A program made the position numbers and the translations under genes. DNA of 64,000 bases, taken from Adineta vaga (lineage: Eukaryota; Animalia; Rotifera). The stretch is taken from NCBI GenBank assembly GCA_021613535.1, contig CP075493.1, forward strand, positions 1,240,001-1,304,000, given 5' to 3'. Positions 12,334-24,233 of this stretch are shown piece by piece. The first letter of the stretch is position 1; each line of letters begins with the position of its first letter. The notes beneath the pieces were generated by a model. It saw only the letters and a list, made by a program, of their open reading frames with translations, was not told where the DNA came from and searched no databases.

Positions 12334-13871
12334 ATGTTTTCACGTTCATTATCAACATCATCTTGTCGTCAACCAGTGAATGAAAATCATCCATTAACTC
12401 ATTATGAATCTTTACAAAATCTTCATCAAACACAAAAAGATAAACCTTCTCATCCATTAACTGTCGATAATAATCATCTAAATTTACCTGTTGTTCCTCA
12501 TGCAATCAAAGAAAATGCAGTAAGCAATGAGAAAAAAACGGATAAACTTCGACGAACAATTGCTCAAGATGATATTGAAAATTTGCAAGAACGTTTAAAT
12601 GAAATGCTTATTGCTGTTCCTCTTACAAATGAAAAACAATTTCTGGCACAACAAAAATCCACGAATGAATATTTTACACCAAAAGTTTCAATTGACGATG
12701 AAGAAGATGAACAACTCGATTGTAAATATTGATTTTCTCTCTTTTTTCTTGCCAATTGTGACAAATTTCATCTTTCATTTTTCTTCCAGCAACAATCAAT
12801 GAAATTGAATCAGAAACACATCCATTTTTTGATGTTTTAACAACAACAACATATGAAAAAGAAGTTATGAATTATTTACTTAATTTAGAATCATGTTTTA
12901 TGGCTGAAAATGAAAAATTACGTTCAGCAAAACATCTACGAGAATCAACAAATACTTTAAAACCGATTGAAGGTATTCCAACACCAGGTTGTCAATCATC
13001 TGTTATTATTACACCTAAAGTTCGATGTAAACTTATCGATTGGATGATATCTGTACATGATTATCATCGATTAAATGCAGGTAAATTATAATTTTAAGAA
13101 AGAAAAAAAAAGAGAAAAGATTAATCAAATTATTTTAGCTATTCTTTGTCGAACTATTCATCTTATTGATCGAATTTTACTTTTAAATGATCAAATGACT
13201 AAACTTGATTTACAGTTACGAGCTGTCAAGTAAGAGATGCTAAGTTTTGCTATTAGACTATATCTGATTCTTTCAGTTGTTTCACAATTGCTTGTAAACT
13301 TGAATCACGTCGTGTACCTGATGCTAACTCATTATTAGCTCTATTTGATTCTCGATATCATGTTAATCAAAACCAATTAAATCATGGTGAAAAACAATTA
13401 TTAACTCAATTAGATTTTCAACTTGGTTTGTTATTATAATTTTCATTTATTTATTTGAATTTATTTCTTTTCGTTTTAATAGAATATCCATTAGCAATAC
13501 ATTTTCTTTGTTATTATCTTCGATTTATTCCATTTCATTTTGTTATTTATTCATTATCAAAATATATGATTGAATGTGTTTTATGTGATGAAATCTTATC
13601 TGAACAAATGCCTGGATCATTATTAGCAGCTGCATCACTTCTCTTATCATTAAAACTCACTGATCAATTAGATAAACCACAGATTATGAAACGTTTCTAC
13701 AAGCATCAACCATATAAACGTGAAGAATTAGAAAAATCGATGCAGAAAATTCTTAAACTCATGCAACAAGTACCAAAATCATTGTATCATACAAATGTAC
13801 GTGAAAAATATAAACGAAGCGAATTTGATCGTGTTGCTACTTATCAATATAATAATGATCTTGGTAAATAA
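12334..13871 (+). CDS. Divergent A/B-type (cyclin B-like) mitotic cyclin, multi-exon
   Basis: Cyclin box VRCKLIDWMISVH...TIHLIDRFL...LQLRAV...IACKLE; second fold YPLAIHFL...KYMIE...GSLLAAASL...NVREKY. KEN in the N-terminus. Short GT-AG introns. Confidence 0.88.
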
Positions 13872-14898
13872 ATTATATAGAAATATTTTTCATCTTTTTG
13901 TTTATTTATGTTTAGTAATTCCTATTTTGTGAAAAGGAAACCAACGATAATGTGCATGATCTTCTTTCGTTAATTTATTTGATCAAAAGACAATATTAAA
14001 TGAATCATTGTTTGATTTCTTGCTTGTATATTATTTGTTGTTTTTTCCTGTTTGTTTGTTGTTGTCCTCTACAAATTTATTAGAAAAAATCAAATTTACT
14101 TTTTTTGTTGAAAATTATCTACTTGTAAACTTGTATGTATCGATATATATGTTGTGACAATTATCTGAGTCAAAAGAACATACATAAATTGTTTATGATA
14201 TTTTGTGAGAATGTGAATCACACTAGATTAAAATAGTATTACGTAGAAGCACATTACTTGATTTGGAATTAGAAATCATTGTTAGATGAAAGATGAGACT
14301 TTTATCAGAAGTGAATGCCAATTACGATTTCGATCTGTCTACTTGCTTGTACTCAATCACGTCACATCTCGACCTTGTTTCTTAGATAATGAAACGAAAG
14401 ATAGAATAGACAGAAAGGAAGGGAGGAAGAAAGCGAAGATATAAGAAGACTGTAAGAATAATAGAACAGTATGCATTCTTTGAATATTCATAGAGTAGAT
14501 GTGTAAAGAACATTCGAACTTAGTTACATCGTTGTATATATATATATATATCAGAATTCGTATATTGGTATTGATTTATAATTACGTATGTAGTTCATTT
14601 GATAATATTTATTATATGTGTCTCAATTATTAATCGACTGTGTGTGTGTCTATGATTTAATTCCAGTAAACATCATTAAAACTATCACGACATGTATTTT
14701 CTCTTTAAACTATCTGTTCAATTGTCGAAGATCAGACAGTATCAATATTTATGCTTATATGTATACATTTGAAAAATCGTTACAATCATTATAATTCTGT
14801 CAGAAAAGAGTCCTTGAATCCAATGGATGAGCATTGCTTGTCGAATATGTATTCCAGTGTCATCTTATGTTTCAATCTTCATTCGTTGACCAAATCTG

Positions 14899-16324
14899 AT
14901 GATAGCACCTCAAACGTCTGAAACTTTCTTAGTCGAGATTAACGATTTTCTGGATTACCTGAAAAAAATATGTTTGGTTATTTTTAATTTCTCTTCGGAT
15001 TCAATTAATATCGATCGATTATTTGGTGATGAATTAACTTATCAATTGGTAGAAAAATTTATTCGTAATGATCGATGTCAAGCCATATATGTTTCCAAAA
15101 AAAGTTCTACAACTAAAGATCGAACATCTCGATCGTTCTCGTTATCTAATGTATGTACAATATGGAACAAAGATTAGCAGATTAATTCCAACTGTTCATA
15201 GTTTATTTTGGTCAAGCGTCATGAAACGATTGTCAAGGGTGAAAGTTATTACATACAGCTCCAAATCATTAATTTGCTTGCTTCAAATCAGAATAAAATT
15301 ATGTTTAAAAACGAATTCGATCAACAACATATTGATTTACCGAAAATTATTTTAGCAGCAGTTGTACCTACTGATGAAACAACAGTTGGAGAATTTATTA
15401 ACAATCTTATTCCAACAGCAAATTATGTATATGAAGGTGTGGTTTTATATAATGCATCATCGATAGTTGATATTGAAAGATAGTGAACAGAGTGTAGATA
15501 GTCGTGGTAATGCCTGGACATTTCTATGATCACTGATGATTCACTCAATTCGTTTACGACAGATATTGATGTATATGTATTGGGAAAAGCACGATATGAA
15601 GTATACATTCCTCTTATAAACAGAAGACTATGTTTACATGTAGAGAAGAAGAATTCGAACTGAATATATTCTTTTTTATTTTAATTTATTCGCTTGTTCT
15701 AGACGATAATGAATACAACGAAGACGATGAGGAGGACGACAAAGATGATACCCAGGACGATGCTTCCCGGCTATGGATCCGCACGGAACCTGCCGGAAAT
15801 CACGCCTTGCCGAGGATATTCCGGACAGTTCCAGCTAGTTCCAAAGGTACCAACTGGAACTTACTGGAAGTTAGTCAGAAGCGAGCGGAAAAATCTGAAA
15901 ATATCTGGTTCGGAATCCTGGTTCCGGCAGGATCCGGCTCGGATTTTTCGATTTGGGATATGGTGTTGTTTACGTTTTCGTTTACACGTGCATTAAACAA
16001 TTTCCAACGAGCGCACATATATGGTGCCATAATTGCATTTAGTGGTATGTCAGTGTCTCCTTTAACAAAAGCTGGTTCTCAATCTTGTTTTATTTTCGTT
16101 TAGTACTAAAATCTTCACAGATAAGATCGAATCTTCAATGTCATATACGAAGAACTGCTGATCCTAATACAATTTTTGTAACAGATGAAGAATTTTGTGT
16201 TTCGTTTAATAGTCAATCGGCATTTCTGAGTTTTCAAGCGTGGGTTTCAAGACAACACTCAGGATCTCATCACATATTGACTATTATTCAGCCCAGTCAG
16301 TTCGCGATGAACATTATTGTTTAA
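14899..16324 (+). pseudogene. Disrupted gene: cytoplasmic dynein heavy chain N-terminal-domain-like region fused to an unrelated C-terminus
   Basis: FLDYLKKICLV...VEKFIRND..QAIYV..VQYGTK..HSL..VKR..QLQIINL resembles the N-terminal dimerisation domain of DYNC1H1. Frameshifts at about 15152, 15206, 15480 and 16088, and a MITE insertion at 15751. Confidence 0.5.
15751..15957. mobile_element. Non-autonomous DNA transposon (CCC...GGG termini, CMC/EnSpm-like MITE) with ATA target duplication
   Basis: GC-rich island. Ends cccaggacga / tcgatttggg, ATA at 15748-15750 and 15958-15960, internal ccgga/ggatcc/ggaatcc repeats. Confidence 0.8.
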
Positions 16325-16665
16325 GTTGTTTTTTCTTTTTCTGTATTGATCTTTTCTCAATAAATCTCAATGATAAAGGTCATATAATGTAGATATCTAA
16401 CCATATTAATTGGTTTTGTTGAATAGAATCTTTCTATATAAAATGAACTTATAAACCGTTTCCCATCGTGAATCATTTACTCGGTCTTTAATCTAATAAA
16501 TTCTTAATCTTCAAGGACAGTACAAACTAAATAATAAGGTGGCATAAGAAATATCGACTATTATGACATTTCTCACTAACGGACATAAAATTGATATTTT
16601 TGAGTTTGTTCTGATTTTCTCTATTCATCTAATCGGACATATCCATCCATTAAACTACAAAGCTT

Positions 16666-17260
16666 CTCATTATTAACTCTATTTGATTCTCGATATCATG
16701 TTAACCAAAACCAATTAAATCATGGTGAAAAACAACTATTAACTCAATTAGATTTTCAACTTGGTTTGTTATTTTAATTTTCATTCATTTATTTTACTTT
16801 ATTTTTTTTTGTTTTATTATAATAGGATATCCATTAACGATACATTTTCTTTGTTATTATCTTCGATTTATTCATTATCAAAATATATGATTGAATGTGT
16901 TTTATGTGATGAAATCTTATCTGAACAAATGCCTGGATCATTATTAGCAGCTGCATCACTTTTATTATCATTAAAACTCACTGATCAATTAGATAAATCA
17001 CAGATTATGAAACGTTTCTACAGGCATTAACCATATAAACAAAGTGAATTTGATCGTGTTGCTACTTATCAATATAAGAATGATCTTTGTAAATATTTTG
17101 AATAAAATCTATATTGATTTGATATTTATTGTTGTATTTTAGTTATATCAATATGATGAGAGACGGAACAAAATTCGAATGAGAATCATGTGCGTGATCT
17201 TCTTCCATTTATTTATTTCAAACTGAACAACAACAATAATAAATAAATCTTTCTTTGTTT
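16666..17260 (+). pseudogene. Degenerate duplicate of the 3' part of the cyclin gene, including one intron and part of the 3' UTR
   Basis: Matches about 13328-14020 with a 22-bp deletion, a 96-bp deletion and a CAA->TAA stop at 17028-17030. The retained intron indicates DNA-level duplication. Confidence 0.9.
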
Positions 17261-17707
17261 TTGTGTTCTTTATGAAAATCTAGTTGAAGATAAAATACAA
17301 ACTTAATTTTGGTTACATGAGACTTAATTAAAAGTGATATAAGAACCAATTTATATATAACCACTATTCATAAAGAAAATTAAGCTTTCAACGCTTTCTA
17401 TATTTTAAACAAAAGCGTCATACTATTGAGTAAATTTTTAGTTTCATATGAAAATGAATAAAAGGAAGATAAAGAATTTTATTTCAATGAAAGATACATA
17501 GGTTTTCACCGAACCCTGACATCTGGTGATTATAATTATTCATTTTTATAACCGAACTGTGTCACATTGGCTAATAATTCTGCAAATTAAACCATCTACA
17601 CGTCTGTGAAAAGATAAATTTATGATTGACATACTTCTCAAATGACAGAACAAATTTGAGAAAAACAACATTAATTCAAGGAAAATATATCGTTGTTCCT
17701 ATCAGAA

Positions 17708-19161
17708 ATGGCATATCGAACTCTTACCTTACTAATCTTAACTTTTCTTGTTATCAAAAGTAATAACAGTTCATCTTATTTTGTAAGAATTTATTCTAAT
17801 CAAGCAGAATTTATACGACCGTTGGATAGGTTACCACTTGAATTTACTATAGATGAATGGAATGATATTCGTTCTGATTCGATTACACTTCTTAGTGAAA
17901 ATATGAATATAACATCTCAAACAATAACTGAAAAACAGAAATCATTGAATGGGGCAAAAATTTTAATTCGTTCACCGATGTCATTTGATAAAAATACAAT
18001 GATATTAGTACCTGGAATTCTCATCGATGAAAACATAAATCTAGTTCGAATCGATGATGAATCAATAACTGGCCATCCAACATTATTTTTTACTGTTTCA
18101 TCTGATCATATTTTCTATTTGGAACAACCTACAACAGCTAAATTCTATGTTAATTTTACTTATACAACTACAGATTCAAAAGTAAATATTAGTTATCTTC
18201 AATCAAATCTGAAATGGCACACACAATATAAATTAAATTTATATGATAATCAAAGTACATTGATTGCTATGGCAAATATTCGAAATAATGGTAAATCATC
18301 TGTATCGATTGATCATGCTGAACTTATCGGTGGTCAAGTGAATTTAAATGCACAACCGAAATACAACAATTATCGTTCTGGTATGCACGAACGTACCGGA
18401 GGAATAGAACTTCAATATTTATCTATGGTCGATGTAAATCATTCTCCTCCGATGATTGAGCAAGGTCAAGAACTGACTGGACTCTATATTTTTACTATTA
18501 GTAAACCATTTATAATCGATGCTAAAACAGATTATCTTTTACCAATGTTTCGTCCACAGGTGACTGTTGAACGATATGGATTAATTTCGAAATATTTTCA
18601 TACAACAACAAATAGTGACAAAGCTCAACGTGCTTATCGTCTTCGATCTGATCGATTTATCTCGAATGGAAAGTAAGAAAATTCAAAATTTTCATTTCGA
18701 AAGTGTATAAAAATATATTTTTTAGTTGTATTGTACGAGAAATGGATCGAATTGTTGGTGAAACTTTTCTACCTAATCTTGCTGCAAAGGATAAATTTGA
18801 ATTTTCACTTGGAACTGATCCTGATATTGTTTATAAAGAAAACGTTACATTGATCTCATCAATAATATTCAATGAAGAAGACATCAATTCAGATGAACAT
18901 ATCTCCAATGTTAATAGAAGACAACGTCATACTTCTCGTACACAATCCGTCTATGAAATTCATCTACAAATTAAAAGCTATAAAGCACGTTCCGTCCTTA
19001 TTGAATACGAACAAAAAGATTTGACCGGTTACAAAAGTGTTAAATTAACAATATTAAATGATCATTTATTTACACATGATAGTTCAATTATCAAATCCAG
19101 TATGTTGTTAAATGCTTATGCTGTTCAAACTTATTCGTATACTATTGAACTAATTCAATAG
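17708..19161 (+). CDS. Secreted DUF4139/DUF4140-like beta-rich protein (2 exons)
   Basis: Signal peptide MAYRTLTLLILTFLVIKS; motifs VRIYSNQAEF, SYLQSNLKW..Y.L.L, ANIRNNG, AELIGGQV, GLYIFTI and FSLGTDPDI. One GT-AG intron at about 18672-18725. Confidence 0.75.
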
Positions 19162-19330
19162 GAGGAAATATTTCATTATTAAACTGTCGCATTCTTCAAA
19201 AAAAAACAAAGCAAAATATTGATTACATCGTGTTTATAAATAATAAGTTATGAATTTACTTTGTTCGTACACACACTACTTATCTTTAATGTAGCAGCGA
19301 CTATAAAGTATACATTTCTGCTTATACGTT

Positions 19331-19332
<2 letters not shown>

Positions 19333-19361
<29 letters not shown>
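19333..19361. repeat. (CA)n microsatellite
   Basis: Perfect CA run. Further CA tracts at about 19603-19622 and 30175-30192. Confidence 0.9.
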
Positions 19362-19365
<4 letters not shown>

Positions 19366-20077
19366 AAAAACGATACACACACGGAGAGAAGAAAACGAAA
19401 TACAAAAAAAAATGTATTTTCATAACAAAGAAAACGAGATATATAGCATAGATGTGTATTATTTGTTATTATTGTTCTTGAACTTACAAAAAAGAAAACA
19501 AACGAGAAAAGATTGCACAACACACACAGGGGAAGAACGAATAGATGTTTTTCTTTCTTTTGTTCGTTTACAATTCAAAACAAAACAAAAGCCGGATAAA
19601 AACACACACACACACACACACATACGCATAAAAACCAGATGTATACAATCGAGTATTGTTCGTTTTTCTTTTTGTCATGAAAAAATTCTTTTGTTCTAAG
19701 GTTTGCACACACTTTACATACGTATATATATATACATATATACGAAAAACTACACTGCACTGCACACCCTAGAAATATGTGTATATAAACACATAGAAAG
19801 TGTGTTATAAAGATGTGTTCATTACATTCATATCGACGAGATTTTTCAAGAAATTTGTTCGAATGATGATTACGTTAAAAAAATAAGGATTGCGAGAGAA
19901 CTGTTCGATAGAATATAGATGTGATAGACTAGCTCAACACACGTACATTAATAGATAGATAGATAGATATATATATAATATATAGAAAAGAGAAAAATGA
20001 AGAGAAGAATAAAACATATCTGAACTTGAGCTTTCGAAAGATTCAATGATGTTTTTTTGTTTTTGTTTAATTTGATA

Positions 20078-23000
20078 TTAATCGGTAGTTGCTGTTGTCG
20101 AAGTATTATCAACAGGTTTCAATCGTAATGATACTTCTAATGGTTTTGTTACACGATGTCGACATGGTAAATAAACCATACATGGAACAAATAAATCTTT
20201 ATATAAATCATCATCACTTTCAACAAGAAATGGTTGCATAGACAAAAGTTGATTATTATTATTATTATTGTCATTGGATGATGAGAGATTTTCTGATTCA
20301 TTACTATCAGTTTGATGACCATTGATATTAGTTATTTCATTATCATTTGATAAAGTATATTTTGTTAAATTTAATTGACTATCAGTTGGAATTGTTGATG
20401 TTGGAGATAAGATATTTGAAGATAACGAAAAGATTTGATTAGTCGATTGTTTATCTGAATTAGGAGATGATTGAGATGTTGAGTTTGGTTGTTGTTGAAC
20501 CAAGCGTAAATCATCAACAGATATATTATGAACATTACGCATATGTGCACGTAAGAAGTATTTATTACATAATTCCTAAACAAAAGATATTTGTTTTATT
20601 CAACTAATATAATTATTATGCTTCAATATGAATCTTTCGGAATCAAAGTAAAGATAGACTAGAAATAAGATTGAACTAACCTTCTTGCAAACTTGACATG
20701 TCACACGTAATTGAACTTGTGGTGTTTGTTTTAATCGAACAGGATTATTTCCATTTATTAGTGGTTTTTTAATTCCTATATTAATCAATTGATTGTTATT
20801 ATTATTGTTATTAGTCGTTAATGCTGTTGTTACTGTTGTTGTTGTTGTTGATGATGGTGGTGGTGGTGTTCCATTTATTGTTGACGTTGTTTGTTGAATT
20901 CCATGAACATTTGTCATATGAATATGGAGAAGAAATTTTGATGGAAACGTTTTTGAACAAAGGTCACAAGTAATTGATGGAATTTGTTCATTTGAATCAT
21001 TATTTATTCCAAGAAATGTATGAACTGATGCTGTCAATGCATCTGGACTTGGTATAACGCCTGGTTCTGTACTTTTTTCATCTACAACAAGTTGAGGTGG
21101 ACTACTATCCATTGATTGTTGTTGATCATTTTCTTCATCATTTGTTTCAGTTGTATTCGATGATGTTACCAATGGATCAGATGCAATACCATGAACTTTA
21201 AGTTTATGAGTTTTGAGAAAGTATTTATTGCATACTTGCTAGAATACAAAGAAGAAAATATTTGATGAATTCTTGTTTTAGAAATCAATTTTACCTTATG
21301 ACAAATGTCACATGAAACTCGATCGGCCATTTTTGCTGCAAAATATGTATCAACAATTCCAGGTATAATAGTGGAAGAATTTTGTGATGTATTCGAATCA
21401 CTTGGTGATGATGATGGTTTAATAATTGATGTTATTGTTGTTGTTTCATTGGGTTCTAGTTTAATTTTTTTATATGTATTACTATTTAATGATTGATTAG
21501 ATGTTGTTATAAATTGATTTAATTTTGTTGTTGTTCGTTGTTGTATATCGGTTTTAATTTGATGTTTATTCATAAGATGTAATTGTAAATAATCATTGGA
21601 TTGAAATTTCTTTCCACATAAAGTACAGGTACTAATTTGAGGTTTGGAATTATTTGTTATTAATTGATTTGCAAGAACATTAGCGACATCTGACGTTAAG
21701 TATTGACATTTAGATGATGAAGAATCATCATTTGAACTATCAGTATATCGACGTTTATTTGTTAGTAAATTTTGTTGATCAGTCGTAGTTGATGCTTGAA
21801 CTAATGGAGAAAATATTGGATTAAGTAACATTCCAAGACTTTGTTGAACGGAAGAAGCTAAAAATGAAACAAGTCATTCGTTTGCTTGAAAGTATATAGA
21901 AGAAAAACAAAATACTTACGTTTGAATGTGACATTGGGAAATGAAATTGATGGTGTAAGTTGTTGAATTGATGTTGATGGTGGTGAATTTTTGATTGATA
22001 TAGAATTATTATCAATACGTTTATATGGTTTTATATTACAATCAGTTTGAACGCCATGAACATCTAATTTATGTTTCTAAAAACAAAGAAAATTTAGTAA
22101 AAATCTTTTTTTATGAAAGAAAAACTTACTCTTAAATAATATTTATTACAGAAATGTTTTTGACAAATATCACAAAAATCTTCTAAGATTTTCGTTGAAG
22201 ATTGTCGCGATGAACTTGCAGTTGCTGATTGAAAATCTAGATTATTTGTTGGAGAATTATTTGTTATAACTTGTTGATCATCATCAAGTTTGAAATTTGT
22301 ATTATCATTCGATAAAATTGAAGCGATTTGTTGTGGAAGATTTATTAAACGATTTGAACTGTTTCCATCTTGTTCATCATCATCATCATCGTTTTCTTCG
22401 TCATGATGATGATTATTATTATTGTTCTGATTCTGATTTTCATCGTCATCATCGTCACCGGCTATAACACCATTCATTTGAAGTCTTAATGACTCAAGTT
22501 CATTATCATGATTATTTTGTATTATATCAGATGATGGTGAAGATATCAAATCATCTTGATCATGTCCTAATAATGTCGAAATTACGGCATAGGATTGTTG
22601 AAGATTTGAATCATTTGTTGTATCAGTAAGTTCTTTTGATGATGTTGAAACAGATGGAAGAATAGATTGATGATCAAATATACCATGTTTATTAGCCAAA
22701 CTAAACAAATATTTCAATATTTAATTGACGAATTACTTCAAATAAATATAGTAATAAATTAATCTTTGTATACTTAAATTTGAGTAGATTAGATTTCTTT
22801 TGATAAATATATAAGAAGAAGAAAGAAAAATTGTCATTTCTATTTGTATCTCATGTTCATTTAATCTGTAATTTAATCTTCGTATTTAAAAAAAAAAAAA
22901 GAAGAAGAAGTTTGTTTCTTTCTCTCAAATTTCATCTTAAAAATAATTTGAGATCGAATGAATAGATGAACAAAATCTAATTATTCTTTTCAATAGATAA

Positions 23001-24233
23001 GTACTTACTGAGTTTTAAGAAAATATTTATTACAAAATTCCTAGAAAAGAAAGATATGAAATTAAAGAAAAGCTTTACATTCTTGGATTTGTTTTTTCTA
23101 CCTTTCGACAAATTACACAGAATGCATCAGCATGAAATATTCTTGTTGGTGTTGATAGTGTTCCACTTTGATCAATATTCCCATTAGAATGTTTTCTTTT
23201 CAGTGAACGTGATTTCTTCGATGTATTTAATGAACGTGAACGATTGCTTGAATTATCTATTTTAAAACTACTATCAAGTATACCATTGATTTGATCATTT
23301 TTAGTCAAAAGTTCTCCATCATTTGTTGAGATAACATCTGTTTGAGATCGATTATTCATATCATTAATTGTATAATGTTCACCTGTGGATTGGGATGATA
23401 ATGATCCATCTTCACAATTTAAACTGACTCGATCACATTCATCATCAACAACAGTAGTATGAAGACCAGTTTGTTCTAAATCTTGTTGTTGTTCAGCAGC
23501 AACATGATATTGAGTAAGAGATGGAAGAATTGAAGAAGAAGAATTTCCTGAATCTGATACTAATGGAACAGTTGATGAATTTTCCGTAATGACATGTTCA
23601 AGTCTAAAAAAAAGATTCAATTTAAATTTCGTTTTTCTTGATTTTTAATCATTCAAAAATTGGATGCATCATACTCCTTTCTCCTTTTTTTCTAAAGCTT
23701 GAATCTCGTGCATTGATGCGTGTATTTGCATTTGAATGAGTTCGTTTCCCGGTCTCTTTTCCCTTTATTTATGAGTTTTTTTGTCTGTCTGTTTCTCTTA
23801 TTGTCGTTCGAGGCAAATACTTGATGAGTTTCGTTTCCGTTTGTATATGTTAGTAGTGTGTCTCATCAATAACTTTCAGACAATTTTAGTTTTTTTTTTA
23901 GTCTATGATTTTATTCAAATGAGACTGAAGATTATTGTTTGTGTGCGTGAGCTTCAAAACTGATTAAAATTTTCGACACATACGAACGAGATAAATATTC
24001 GTAGAATAGAATTTTAAAATAATTTCTTAGATTATTGATGAGAAATGAAGATGTAAAACTTTAGTTTCTAACGCTCATCTGTCATGTTTCTATTTTGATA
24101 AAAAAATCCGGAATGAAAAATGATGATGTACTTACCTATTAGGTTTGCTCTGTTTCCGCCGACTACTACTATTGTTAATCGGTATTGTAGGTGGAGTTTG
24201 TTGATCGTTAGTAGAATTTATTGGTTCCATCAT
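20078..24233 (-). CDS. C2H2 zinc-finger transcription factor (6 dispersed fingers, four of the CNKYF/YL type) with an N-terminal SRRKQSKP motif
   Basis: Spliced fingers CVICRK|EFCNKYFLKTH|LANKHG, CDICQKHFCNKYYLR|KHKLDVHG, CTLCGKKF..HLMNKH, CDICHK|QVCNKYFLKTHKLKVHG, CDLCSKTF..HMTNVH and CQVCKK|ELCNKYFLRAHMRNVH. N/T/S/D low-complexity linkers; C-terminal MQPFLV..FVPCMVYLP..LRLKP domain. Confidence 0.88.
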
